Shown here one piece after another: positions 30,553-39,451 of a stretch of 64,000 nucleotides of DNA. Numbering within the stretch: position 1 is the first letter of the stretch; every line of letters begins with the position of its first letter. The stretch is from contig DATKWE010000114.1 in the NCBI GenBank assembly GCA_035529735.1, forward strand, positions 2,528 through 66,527, in the 5' to 3' direction. The translations under genes were made by a program, and so were the position numbers. The notes beneath the pieces are model-generated. The model was given only the letters and a program-made list of their open reading frames with translations. It was not told the DNA's origin and did no database searches. Source of the DNA: Desulfobacterales bacterium. GTDB taxonomy: Bacteria; Desulfobacterota; Desulfobacteria; Desulfobacterales; UBA11574.

Positions 30553-31056
30553 TTATTCGTAATTTTCCAAGATTTTTTCAACTTTATCCGCACCGATTCG
30601 ACCGTAAATGTCTTCGTTAACCTTCAGGACCGGCCCCAGGCTGCAGCAACCGATGCAACGCACACCTTCGAGGGTAAACCGCATGTCATCCGTGGTATGC
30701 TTGCCGTCGAGGTTTAAAGTATCCTCAATTCTTTCACGTACCCTTTCACCGCCTCTGACGTGACAGGCAGTGCCCAAGCAGATGGAAATAATGTTTCGGC
30801 CTTTGGGTTCAAGACTAAACGTGGCGTAAAATGTGCCGACACCGTAGATCTGGCTGTAAGGAACGTTTATTTTTTCTGAAAGATATTTTAAGGTGGGCTG
30901 GGGAAGGTGGTTGTAACGCTTTTGAATCGCCTGGAGGATCATAATCAAGTTTTCTTTGTCATTGTCAAACTCTTGTTCGATGATCTTGTCGAGTTCCAGG
31001 TAATCGATTTCTACTTCGGCACACGGTTCTGTTGTTGATGGACTTACTTTATTCAT
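30553..31056 (-). CDS. NuoE-like [2Fe-2S] thioredoxin-fold subunit (HydC/Bfu-type)
   Basis: CLGTACHVRGG...CIGCCSLGPV. Probable ATG at 31056 after AGGA; the ORF is open from a TTG at 31065. Confidence 0.8.
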   Translation of the reverse strand: MNKVSPSTTEPCAEVEIDYLELDKIIEQEFDNDKENLIMILQAIQKRYNHLPQPTLKYLSEKINVPYSQIYGVGTFYATFSLEPKGRNIISICLGTACHVRGGERVRERIEDTLNLDGKHTTDDMRFTLEGVRCIGCCSLGPVLKVNEDIYGRIGADKVEKILENYE

Positions 31057-31080
31057 TCGCAACAATCCTTATCACAATGG

Positions 31081-31476
31081 TTATGCTTGATCAGCAGACA
31101 TTGGGCAGTAGATGACCGGACAGTTTTCCACGCAACTGCCGCACCCGGTACAACGGTCCATATTGATACTGCGCGCTCGCTTTCTGACTCTCACCGTGAG
31201 GTTTCCTTCCTCGCCGGAAATATCTTCCACTTCTGAGAGGGTGATTAATTCGATGTTGATGTGCCGGCCGACCTCGACCAGTTTGGGCGAGATAATTCAC
31301 ATGGCACAGTCATTGGTTGGGAAGGTCTTGTCAAGCTGCGCCATCATCCCGCCGATAGCCCCGGACTTTTCAACGAGGTAGACATAAAAACCGGCATTGG
31401 CCAGATCCAGAGCCGACTGCATTCCGGCGATGCCACCGCCAACCACCATTACGGCACCTGTTTTTTTATTCGACAT
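31081..31476 (-). CDS. HdrA N-terminal fragment (FAD Rossmann fold plus the first half of the inserted ferredoxin), with selenocysteine at the in-frame TGA 31297-31299
   Basis: AGGAG-N6-ATG at 31476. Read-through product of 131 aa: [131 protein letters not shown]. HdrA-like sequence continues in frame after the TGA. Confidence 0.7.
31264..31281 (-). promoter_or_regulatory. candidate bacterial SECIS hairpin
   Basis: CUGGUCG-AGGU-CGGCCGG: a 7-bp stem including G-U pairs, with a GGU-containing apical loop. It begins 15 nt 3' of the UGA. Confidence 0.5.
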
Positions 31477-32353
31477 TTTCTGCTCCTGTATTAAAAAAAG
31501 AAGTGATATTCGTGATATCAAGCTGGTTCATATCGATTCCCAACGTCTTTTCATCGATACCCATACACAGACCGAGGAGCTGTGGATAAATAATTGAGGC
31601 AAGGGCTTCATTGCCAGTTTGGGAGATCATCATTTTCTGCACCGTATCAAATTGCAAATGACACCACGGACAGGCGGCGCACAGATAATCGGCGCCGGCT
31701 TTCTTTCCATTGGCCAGTTTCTTTTCGGTTAAATTCATTGAAAGATCATCGTTCACACCCATTACCGGGGCACCGCAACATTCCAGCTTGCTGAGATAGT
31801 CCACGCTTTCGGCCCCCGTGACCTCCACGAGCTTGTCAAATATAGACGGGGCAACCGGATCATCAAACTGAGTAACATCGCTGGGGCGAAGGGCATGACA
31901 TCCATAGTGGGTGGCAATTTTGAGTCCTTTATAGGCGTTGGAGATATTGCGCTCTAGGGTATCCAGCCCCACATCATGATAGAGCACTGAAAGAAAATGC
32001 TTCACCTCGGCGTTGCCTTCATACCGCATGCCTTTTTCTGCAAGCAATTTTTTGATCTCTTCCTGAAGATCTCCGTCTTCCTTCAAGAAGTGTTCCGCTT
32101 CCTTCAGGCTGCCAAAGCAACATTTACACAGGGTCATTATATTGAGCCCGAATTTTTCGGCCCACGCCAGATTTTCCGATGCAGACAGGAGAAATGCCTT
32201 TTGGTCAAAATTGCGAACCGGATATCCACAGCATTTAAAATCCCGGATATCGACAAGCTGAATACCCACCTGCCGCATAACCGCCCGGGCAGCGGTTTCA
32301 AACTGAACGACCCTGGCGGGTATATTACATCCCAAAAATAATGCATATTTCAT
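31466..32353 (-). CDS. HdrB-like CCG-domain subunit
   Basis: 295 aa with two CCG motifs (KCCGYPV, ECCGAPV). Overlaps the next gene's start by 11 nt. Confidence 0.8.
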   Translation of the reverse strand: MKYALFLGCNIPARVVQFETAARAVMRQVGIQLVDIRDFKCCGYPVRNFDQKAFLLSASENLAWAEKFGLNIMTLCKCCFGSLKEAEHFLKEDGDLQEEIKKLLAEKGMRYEGNAEVKHFLSVLYHDVGLDTLERNISNAYKGLKIATHYGCHALRPSDVTQFDDPVAPSIFDKLVEVTGAESVDYLSKLECCGAPVMGVNDDLSMNLTEKKLANGKKAGADYLCAACPWCHLQFDTVQKMMISQTGNEALASIIYPQLLGLCMGIDEKTLGIDMNQLDITNITSFFNTGAENVE

Positions 32354-32389
32354 AATGATATCCTCTTACTTTGGTCGTATTTCATTCTT

Positions 32390-34171
32390 TCAAACTGCTT
32401 CTGAGACAGCCGTGTCGTCTTCTGAAGGTTTGCGCGCATTTTCAACGGCAAGATTTTTTAATTGATATAAAATATCCGTCACCTTCACATTCTGGGGGCA
32501 GTGCTCCTGACATTGATAACAGGTCACACAATCCCAAATCATCCGCGGACCGGTTGCCATTTCAGTCAGACCCAATCCGAGACAGTTCATAATCTGATGC
32601 GGCAGAAGGCCCAGAACCTCCTGAGGATTGTCGTAGTTGATCACCACGGGACACACCGTGGTGCAGTTCTGACATCCAAAGCAATAGGAAAATGTAACGG
32701 CACCCGGAAGTCGATTCACAAGGTTGCTTTCACGGTCTTTAAGCGAGATGGGTGTGCTCTTGTCCATGACCTTCTCGAAATTGCCGGCAACAACCCGGCT
32801 TGCGTGTTCAACGGGCCTTCGATAATCATCTTCGGCGATATTCTCCCGATTCAGCGCGCGACTGAAGGAAAACGGACTCAGCGTCAAGAGTTCCGGGACC
32901 CCTTTTTGAACCAAATCCTCCCTCACATTGAACCACAACGCTTTAAGATTGATTCCGGACGGACAGACCACCGTGCATCGATCACAATTGGTGCACAAAT
33001 AAACCCCCTCCTGAATGGCGCGTAATTTCTCATGGCTCAGGTCTTTTCCTTTGGCTAGTGTTTTCAGAAACGTCATCTTCTCTGAAGGGAGTATGTATTC
33101 ATTGCCCAGGACATCAAAAGCCGTGGAGGCAGAGCATCGCAGGCTGCAGGTGCCGCAATGGGTACAGGCATCCAATTCCATGGCCTGTCTTGTGGCGATA
33201 TTTATTGGGTCTGATCGTTCCGTGTCCATGACCGCATTGGCCAGAAGACTTACGGGCGTCGCTATGATATGGAACATCTTGGAAAACGGGAGATAGGCCA
33301 AACCGATAAAGCATGCCAGGAAATGGATATACCAGAGGATATTCGAGGTCCCCGCACGATCAAGGCCCAGGGCCACCGGTGTGATGATTTTGGCAAACGT
33401 ATAGCCTGTAAAAGCCCATTTGGGCGAAGAATGGCATTCTGCACAGTTGGCTTCGTGGCTTTCCATGCCCTGTTCCAAAATCTCCTCTTCAAAAGGCCCT
33501 TCGACATTCGGGGAGACAACGTCAAAATTTTTAACCCAATAGCTTTCAAGGGCCGCTATTTCCTCTGCATCATCCTCTTCCGTGAGACCGGCATAATCGG
33601 TCACCATATCCTGAAATTCAGTATGAGATGTAATTTTAGCCCCTTCCAGCATGATGCCGGAAAACATAATGACCACCAGAATAAGGATTGCATAGTGATC
33701 CATGGCGTTGGTTTTAAGGCGGGGGACTTTAAAAATGAACCGGCGGAGTACAGCTATAGCGATACCTATAATCACCATCAAGCCGAAAAAATCCCTCAAA
33801 AACATAAATGGATTGACGGTTGAATAGTAATCGGAAAACAGTTTTGCAGTGATAAAGTTTTCCAGGGCATGCATCAGGAGCAGGAGCATAAATCCGGCGT
33901 ATATGAGCATGTGCATCAGCCAGCGTGTAAAATCTTCTTTCAAAATCCTTCGTTGCAAAACAACATCGAGGATAAATACTTTCACCAAGATCAAGATTTT
34001 TGAGCTGAAAACAACACGGGCGATTCCTTTGACGGATGCGGACAAACGCTGGGAGGGTGTATAATCCCGGGCTGAAATACCGATTTTCATCGAACACCAC
34101 GTATAAAACTTGTAAATCAGACCCAGGGCGAAAATAATAAGTGAAATATAAAGAAGCGTATTAAAAACCAT
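32390..34171 (-). CDS. membrane-anchored fusion: NarI/HdrE/DsrM-like multi-TM domain + two HdrC-like 2x[4Fe-4S] ferredoxin domains
   Basis: About 5-6 predicted TM helices in the first 320 aa, followed by CTHCGTCSLRC, CTNCDRCTVVCP, CFGCQNCTTVCP and CVTCYQCQEHCP. GGAGG-N7-ATG at 34171; the ORF track starts at a TTG at 34186. Confidence 0.7.
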   Translation of the reverse strand: MVFNTLLYISLIIFALGLIYKFYTWCSMKIGISARDYTPSQRLSASVKGIARVVFSSKILILVKVFILDVVLQRRILKEDFTRWLMHMLIYAGFMLLLLMHALENFITAKLFSDYYSTVNPFMFLRDFFGLMVIIGIAIAVLRRFIFKVPRLKTNAMDHYAILILVVIMFSGIMLEGAKITSHTEFQDMVTDYAGLTEEDDAEEIAALESYWVKNFDVVSPNVEGPFEEEILEQGMESHEANCAECHSSPKWAFTGYTFAKIITPVALGLDRAGTSNILWYIHFLACFIGLAYLPFSKMFHIIATPVSLLANAVMDTERSDPINIATRQAMELDACTHCGTCSLRCSASTAFDVLGNEYILPSEKMTFLKTLAKGKDLSHEKLRAIQEGVYLCTNCDRCTVVCPSGINLKALWFNVREDLVQKGVPELLTLSPFSFSRALNRENIAEDDYRRPVEHASRVVAGNFEKVMDKSTPISLKDRESNLVNRLPGAVTFSYCFGCQNCTTVCPVVINYDNPQEVLGLLPHQIMNCLGLGLTEMATGPRMIWDCVTCYQCQEHCPQNVKVTDILYQLKNLAVENARKPSEDDTAVSEAV

Positions 34172-34288
34172 ATGGAAGACCTCCAAAATTTAGCTAAAAG
34201 AATCGATTGCTCTAACTCTGATTTTTCATGGAGTTGAATTTGCTTCTGTAACGACCGATTAAATTAAAATCGACTTCCAAAGCAATTT

Positions 34289-34317
34289 TTAATATAAGGC
34301 ACTCAAAGCTTTGTCAA
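34289..34317 (-). promoter_or_regulatory. sigma70-like promoter of the hdr/nuoEF-like cluster (TTGACA, 17 nt spacer, TATTAA)
   Basis: Minus strand: -35 at 34317-34312 and -10 at 34294-34289, about 115 nt upstream of the ATG at 34171. Confidence 0.4.
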
Positions 34318-34462
34318 ATAATAATTGATGAATTTGTTACAGATATTGTCGCGCCGTTAAATGGTTGAGCTGTTAAGCCATTGATATCATGTTAATATAT
34401 TGATTTTTAATGGAATTTTGACATTCATCGTCTTGAAGAATATCCCACAATGAATTATCGAC

Positions 34463-34661
34463 AAATATTCCCCGAATCAATTGTTTGACCATTCAACTGT
34501 TTGACGATGGCGGCAATGAACGACCCCGAAGCAGGCTGAAAGGGGGTCCCAAATCGGTCAATAAATATTCCCCGAATCAACTGTTTCCCGTTCAACTGTT
34601 TGACCATGGCGGTAATGAACGACCCCGAAGCAGGCTGAAAGGGGGTCCCAAATCGGTCAAT
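34463..34661. repeat. tandem direct repeat, 2 units (100 bp + 99 bp, about 93 percent identical)
   Basis: Read directly. Each unit holds two copies of TCAAYTGTTTGAC-like 13-mers and a GACCCC(N14)GGGGTC hairpin. Confidence 0.9.
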
Positions 34662-34705
34662 TTGTATTCCATCGACGCAAGATCCGGGCGAAAAACCCAT
34701 CCAAA

Positions 34706-35425
34706 TTAAATCACGGTTTTAATCTCTTGGGCAATTCGAACCGCCGCCGCCTTTGGATCCTTTGCATCTCTGATGGGACGGCCGATCACAAGATAATCGG
34801 ATCCATCTGAAACCGCCCGGGCCGGTGTTGTTATTCGCCGCTGGTCATGTTTCCCCGTCACATCCCATTCGGGTCGTATCCCCGGGGTCACCGCAATAAA
34901 GTCGCGCCCGAAGTGTTCTTTAATAATTTTAACTTCGAGCCCCGAGCAGACGATGCCGTTGCAGCCGGCCGCTTTGGCCATGGCCGCCCGTTTCACCACC
35001 AGCCGACCCATGTCGTCATAAAACATTTCCCTGAACCCGGAGGCTTTAATGTCTTCACTGGTGACACTGGTTAAAACCGTAACCCCAAGGATGCCGACCC
35101 GCCCTTTGGCCCCTTCAACCGCAGCTTCGAGCATCCGGGGAGTCTCGCCGCAATGAACCGTTGTAAACGCAATACCTAAATCTGCGATTCTCTCCATAGC
35201 GCGAAAAACCGTTGCCGGAATATCATGAAGTTTCAGATCCAAAAACACTTCGGCGGTCCCGGAAGCTTTTATAAAATCGATTATTTCAAGACCGGATCGG
35301 ATGAAAAGCTCCAGACCGACTTTGAACATTCCCACCGATTCCGAAAGCAGTTCCACATAGTGTTGGGCGGTCTTCACCGACGGAACGTCCAGGGGAAAAA
35401 CGATGTAATCTTTGGCATGTTTCAT
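34706..35425 (-). CDS. pyrF: orotidine 5'-phosphate decarboxylase
   Basis: 239 aa, with the motifs VFPLDV, FLDLKLHDIP and VIGRPI. Confidence 0.85.
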   Translation of the reverse strand: MKHAKDYIVFPLDVPSVKTAQHYVELLSESVGMFKVGLELFIRSGLEIIDFIKASGTAEVFLDLKLHDIPATVFRAMERIADLGIAFTTVHCGETPRMLEAAVEGAKGRVGILGVTVLTSVTSEDIKASGFREMFYDDMGRLVVKRAAMAKAAGCNGIVCSGLEVKIIKEHFGRDFIAVTPGIRPEWDVTGKHDQRRITTPARAVSDGSDYLVIGRPIRDAKDPKAAAVRIAQEIKTVI

Positions 35426-35435
35426 CTTTGAAATA

Positions 35436-36359
35436 TCAACCTGTTATGATTTTCAAAACATCGGGGATGATGCCAATGACAATCGGCAGCATGCCGGGCT
35501 GCTCCCCGTCAACATCGAGAAGTACCTGCTGGTTTGATAATGCTTCTACTTTTTCACCGGCCAGAGTAATGACTTTGTCAATATCATTTATTTTGCCGTT
35601 ATACAGTTTCGGAAGATTTAAAAAAATTTCAGGAATTGTCAGATCCCCGATGACCGTAACATTCAAGAGCCCGTCACAGACCGATGCACCCGGGGCGACC
35701 CACATTCCACCACCATGATACTGTCCGTTTGCAACCGCTACGTTCCAGACCCGCAATTCCTGTTCAAAACCTTCATCGACACGGATCCGTACCTTTTTCT
35801 TTCCATATAAAAAAATAGAAATGAGCGTTGCCCACATAAATGAAATAAACGGGCCCAACGCTTTGGTCGTCCGGTTGACCCGCCGGGCAACTTCACCGCC
35901 CAGACCGAAACTCGTAATATTATGGAAATATCGACGACGTTCATGACCCTCGTCATCTCGAAAAAACAGTACGCCCAAATCGATGGTTCGGACGGTGCCG
36001 GCAGCAATCAGATCGACGGCCTGTTCGAGGTCTTTGGGTATTGAAACGGTTCTGACGAAATCGCAGCCGGTCCCGTTGGGGATAAAACCCAGTGCCAAAT
36101 CCGACCTCACGGATGCTTCATGCATCATAATACCGTTAACAACCTCGTTCAGCGTACCGTCTCCTCCCACGCAGACGAGAAGCCTGACCTTTTGAGCAAG
36201 GGCATTTTTTACAAGCATTACCGCATCTCCAGGCCCTCGAGTCATATACGCCTCAAAAGGGCCCAGGCGATCTCTGGCAAGCCCTTCGATCATCGGCCAG
36301 TCCGATCCCGTTGAACCGTTTCCGGCATGGGGGTTGACGATAAAAGCGATCCTTGACAA
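35436..36359 (-). CDS. diacylglycerol-kinase-family lipid kinase (YegS/BmrU-like)
   Basis: 307 aa with the GGDGTLNEVVNG motif. TTG start 5 nt after AGGAG. Confidence 0.8.
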   Translation of the reverse strand: MSRIAFIVNPHAGNGSTGSDWPMIEGLARDRLGPFEAYMTRGPGDAVMLVKNALAQKVRLLVCVGGDGTLNEVVNGIMMHEASVRSDLALGFIPNGTGCDFVRTVSIPKDLEQAVDLIAAGTVRTIDLGVLFFRDDEGHERRRYFHNITSFGLGGEVARRVNRTTKALGPFISFMWATLISIFLYGKKKVRIRVDEGFEQELRVWNVAVANGQYHGGGMWVAPGASVCDGLLNVTVIGDLTIPEIFLNLPKLYNGKINDIDKVITLAGEKVEALSNQQVLLDVDGEQPGMLPIVIGIIPDVLKIITG

Positions 36360-36620
36360 ATTAACTCCTGATCTCCGTTAACAACATAAAATATTCCCCG
36401 AATCGGTCAGGACAGGCAAACACGGATAAAAAATACACGGAATTTGCTGCTAAAAAACGACATATCGTATAATTATCCATCCATAAAGCAATTTTTACAA
36501 CAAGCATTCACATTTTTAATAAATCTATTGAAATTACTGACTTTAAAATGTTATGAAATTTATTCTTAAAACTAAGGATAAATCCTTCATGAAAAATTCG
36601 AGACCGCCTTTGGGGAAAAA

Positions 36621-38042
36621 ATGAACCTAACAGAAAAACAGCAGACCCTTTTGCGAATGCTTCCCGCAGTGGATTACATCCTTGAGCTGGCAAAGGCAGA
36701 TTCTTTGTTCGACAATGTCCCAAAATCTGTTCTGGTTCGCTCCATCCGCTCTGTTGTTGAAAATCTTCGGATGATTATCCTAGAGGCCCCACAGGATCTC
36801 ACACAGACAGACCTGTCCGACGCCAACATCCTTAAAAAGATCAAAAACAGTGTCAAAAGAGCCATGACGCCGATGCTTACCCGGGTCATCAACGCCACGG
36901 GCGTTGTGGTACATACCAACCTCGGCCGATCGTTACTTTCGGACGATGCGGTGCAGAACCTTCTGTCCATTGCATCCGGGTATTCCAATTTGGAATTCGA
37001 TCTATCAAAAGGGATGCGAGGTTCCAGATACAGCATTGTTGAAGATATTCTGTGTGAAATAAGCGGCGCTGAAGCGGCCATGGTGGTCAACAACAATGCC
37101 GGAGCCGTCTTTCTATCTTTAGAAACCCTCGCCAAAGATAAAAAAGTGATTGTTTCCAGGGGAGAACTGGTGGAAATCGGGGGGTCATTCAGGATCCCCG
37201 ATGTCATGGCCAAAAGCGGCGGGATATTGAGGGAGGTAGGGACCACAAACCGTACGCACCTTAAAGACTATGAAAATGCCATCGAGCACGATACCGCCCT
37301 TCTCTTAAAAGTCCACAAAAGCAATTACAGTGTCGTCGGCTTTACCGCCGAAGTCTCTCTTGAAGCGCTGGTTGCTCTGGGCGCAAAATATAAGATCCCG
37401 GTTATGGAAGATCTCGGCAGCGGAACCTTTGTAGATTTTTCAAAGTACGGTCTGTTAAAGGAGCCCACGGTTCAGGAATCTGTTAAAGCAGGCGCAGACA
37501 TTATCACGTTCAGTGGAGACAAGCTCCTTGGCGGACCCCAGGCAGGCATCATTTTAGGCAAAAATGACCTCCTTATGAAAATCAAAGAAAATCCCATTAA
37601 CCGGGCGCTTCGTATCGACAAACTGACCCTTGCAGCACTCGAAAGCACCTTGCGGCATTACAGAAACATAGACAGGGAAATGGATTCCATTCCAACACTG
37701 CGCATGTTGACCCTTTCTTTGGCGCATATTGAATCAAAAGCAAAAACACTTGCCAAGATGCTCGAAAATATCAGCGATACCCGATTGTCTGTAGATCTCA
37801 TCGACACATCCTCGAGACCCGGCGGCGGTTCTCTCCCGCTTTTAACACTCCCCAGCAAAGGTGTGGGCGTCAAGGTCCGGGGAATCTCTGCCAATGCGGT
37901 GGAAGAACAGATGCGGAACCATGAACTCCCCATCATTGGAAGGATCGAAGAAGATCTCTTTATCATGGATCTTAGAACCATACTTGATGACGAACTGCCG
38001 ATCATCCAACATGCTGTTGAACACATGCTGAAAAAGGCCTGA
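36621..38042 (+). CDS. selA: L-seryl-tRNA(Sec) selenium transferase
   Basis: 473 aa with the PLP-lysine motif FSGDKLLGGPQAGII and a SelA-like N-terminus. Confidence 0.9.
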   Translation: MNLTEKQQTLLRMLPAVDYILELAKADSLFDNVPKSVLVRSIRSVVENLRMIILEAPQDLTQTDLSDANILKKIKNSVKRAMTPMLTRVINATGVVVHTNLGRSLLSDDAVQNLLSIASGYSNLEFDLSKGMRGSRYSIVEDILCEISGAEAAMVVNNNAGAVFLSLETLAKDKKVIVSRGELVEIGGSFRIPDVMAKSGGILREVGTTNRTHLKDYENAIEHDTALLLKVHKSNYSVVGFTAEVSLEALVALGAKYKIPVMEDLGSGTFVDFSKYGLLKEPTVQESVKAGADIITFSGDKLLGGPQAGIILGKNDLLMKIKENPINRALRIDKLTLAALESTLRHYRNIDREMDSIPTLRMLTLSLAHIESKAKTLAKMLENISDTRLSVDLIDTSSRPGGGSLPLLTLPSKGVGVKVRGISANAVEEQMRNHELPIIGRIEEDLFIMDLRTILDDELPIIQHAVEHMLKKA

Positions 38043-38044
38043 TC

Positions 38045-39382
38045 ATGACACACAAAAAAACAGAATTGTTTCACAACCGATCTTCCAGCAAGGAGTTTCT
38101 TTTTTACAAAACCGATACCAAACCGAAAAAAGATACGGCTGAAGCCCTATCTTCGGCGGCGGCGGACCGAATTTTAAATGCCTTCCCGGACATTCTTGCA
38201 CAAAAGAACTTTATGGATTACGCCATGGCGCAGCTCGAATCTTCGACACAATTCGAAGCCATGGTCATCAAGATCGACACCCTCAAGCACAACGCCGAAA
38301 CAGCCGGTAACTACGGGATCGATCTATGGATCGATGTGGCCCATGTCATCGATGCAATATGCCGGCGTGAAAATGGAATTTGGGGACGGCTCGACCCGGG
38401 ACGTTTCGGATGTTTCTTTTCTGAAAAAAATGAGACGCCCCCCGTGGAACTTGCAAAAAAAATAAACGACGGCCTGGCAGAAATTAGAAATGAGACGGTC
38501 TCCATCGGCATTGCCTCATACCCCACCCTTAGTTTTGAAAAAGATCAAATCCTCGATCACGCCGGCAAAGCGCTCGATCACGCCGCCTTTTTCGGGCCCG
38601 GCAGTACCGTGTCATTTGATGCAGTGAGCTTAAATATCAGCGGAGACACCCGCTATCAGAATGGAGACATAGACGGGGCCATCGAAGAGTTCAAGACAGC
38701 GCTTCTGCTCGATCCGTCGGATGTCAACCTCCATAACAGTCTGGGTGTATGTTACGGTATTTTGAGCGATCATGATAATGCACTCAAAGAATTTCAAGAA
38801 GCCGTCCGGCTCGACCCGAACCAAGTCATGGCCCTATACAACTCGGGGCTGATCAACATGTTGACCGAGGATACCGAAAAGGCACTCCAATACTTTCTCG
38901 AAGCCGGCGAAAAAGAAGACGATATCTTTGAAATTACGTTTCAAACCGGAAACGTTTATCTGAAAATGGGAACACCGGAAAAAGCGAAAAAATTCCTTGA
39001 AAAAGCTGTAACACTCAATTCGGAGTCAAGCCCGGCTTTTCGTTGCCTGGGTGAGTGTTACAGCGCCATGAATATGAATGGCGATGCCATTTCCGCATAT
39101 AAAAAAGCCCTCCGGCTAAACCCCAACGACGCCGAATCACTGTCAACACTCGGCTACCTGTTTGATCTTTTGGGTGAAAATCCTGAGATTACAACTAGTT
39201 TATGTCAGCAGAGTATTGACATTGCACCTGGAAACGGTCTGTTCAGGCACAGATTTGGCAACCTATATCTCAAAAGGAATCAACTTGAAGACGCACTGAA
39301 ACAGTTCCAAAAAGCCCATGATCTGGGCCACGACTCCGGAGACATGATCGAAAAGATTAAACGATTGATGCTGGACAATTGA
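38045..39382 (+). CDS. degenerate GGDEF-like domain + TPR-repeat protein
   Basis: 445 aa. The N-terminal half has a GGDEF-fold pattern, but the active site reads RLDPGRFGCFF instead of RxGGDEF. The C-terminal half has several TPR-like repeats. Confidence 0.6.
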   Translation: MTHKKTELFHNRSSSKEFLFYKTDTKPKKDTAEALSSAAADRILNAFPDILAQKNFMDYAMAQLESSTQFEAMVIKIDTLKHNAETAGNYGIDLWIDVAHVIDAICRRENGIWGRLDPGRFGCFFSEKNETPPVELAKKINDGLAEIRNETVSIGIASYPTLSFEKDQILDHAGKALDHAAFFGPGSTVSFDAVSLNISGDTRYQNGDIDGAIEEFKTALLLDPSDVNLHNSLGVCYGILSDHDNALKEFQEAVRLDPNQVMALYNSGLINMLTEDTEKALQYFLEAGEKEDDIFEITFQTGNVYLKMGTPEKAKKFLEKAVTLNSESSPAFRCLGECYSAMNMNGDAISAYKKALRLNPNDAESLSTLGYLFDLLGENPEITTSLCQQSIDIAPGNGLFRHRFGNLYLKRNQLEDALKQFQKAHDLGHDSGDMIEKIKRLMLDN

Positions 39383-39451
39383 TCCCGGGGGCAGGGGTTG
39401 CATATCATCCACCATGTATTATGATTTTCAAAAGACGGGGTCGGTTAAACC

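Noticed and set aside
31091-31300. 69-aa GTG-initiated ORF ([12 protein letters not shown]...)
   Set aside because: It is out of frame with the HdrA-like reading frame and has arginine-rich nonsense composition. The region is better explained by UGA (Sec) read-through of the 31476 ORF.
34455-34709. ORFs of 81 aa (-) and 74 aa (+) spanning the 100-bp tandem repeat
   Set aside because: Both strands are open only because the repeat lacks stops. Neither has an RBS, and the repetitive peptides have no family resemblance. I treat the region as non-coding repeat DNA.
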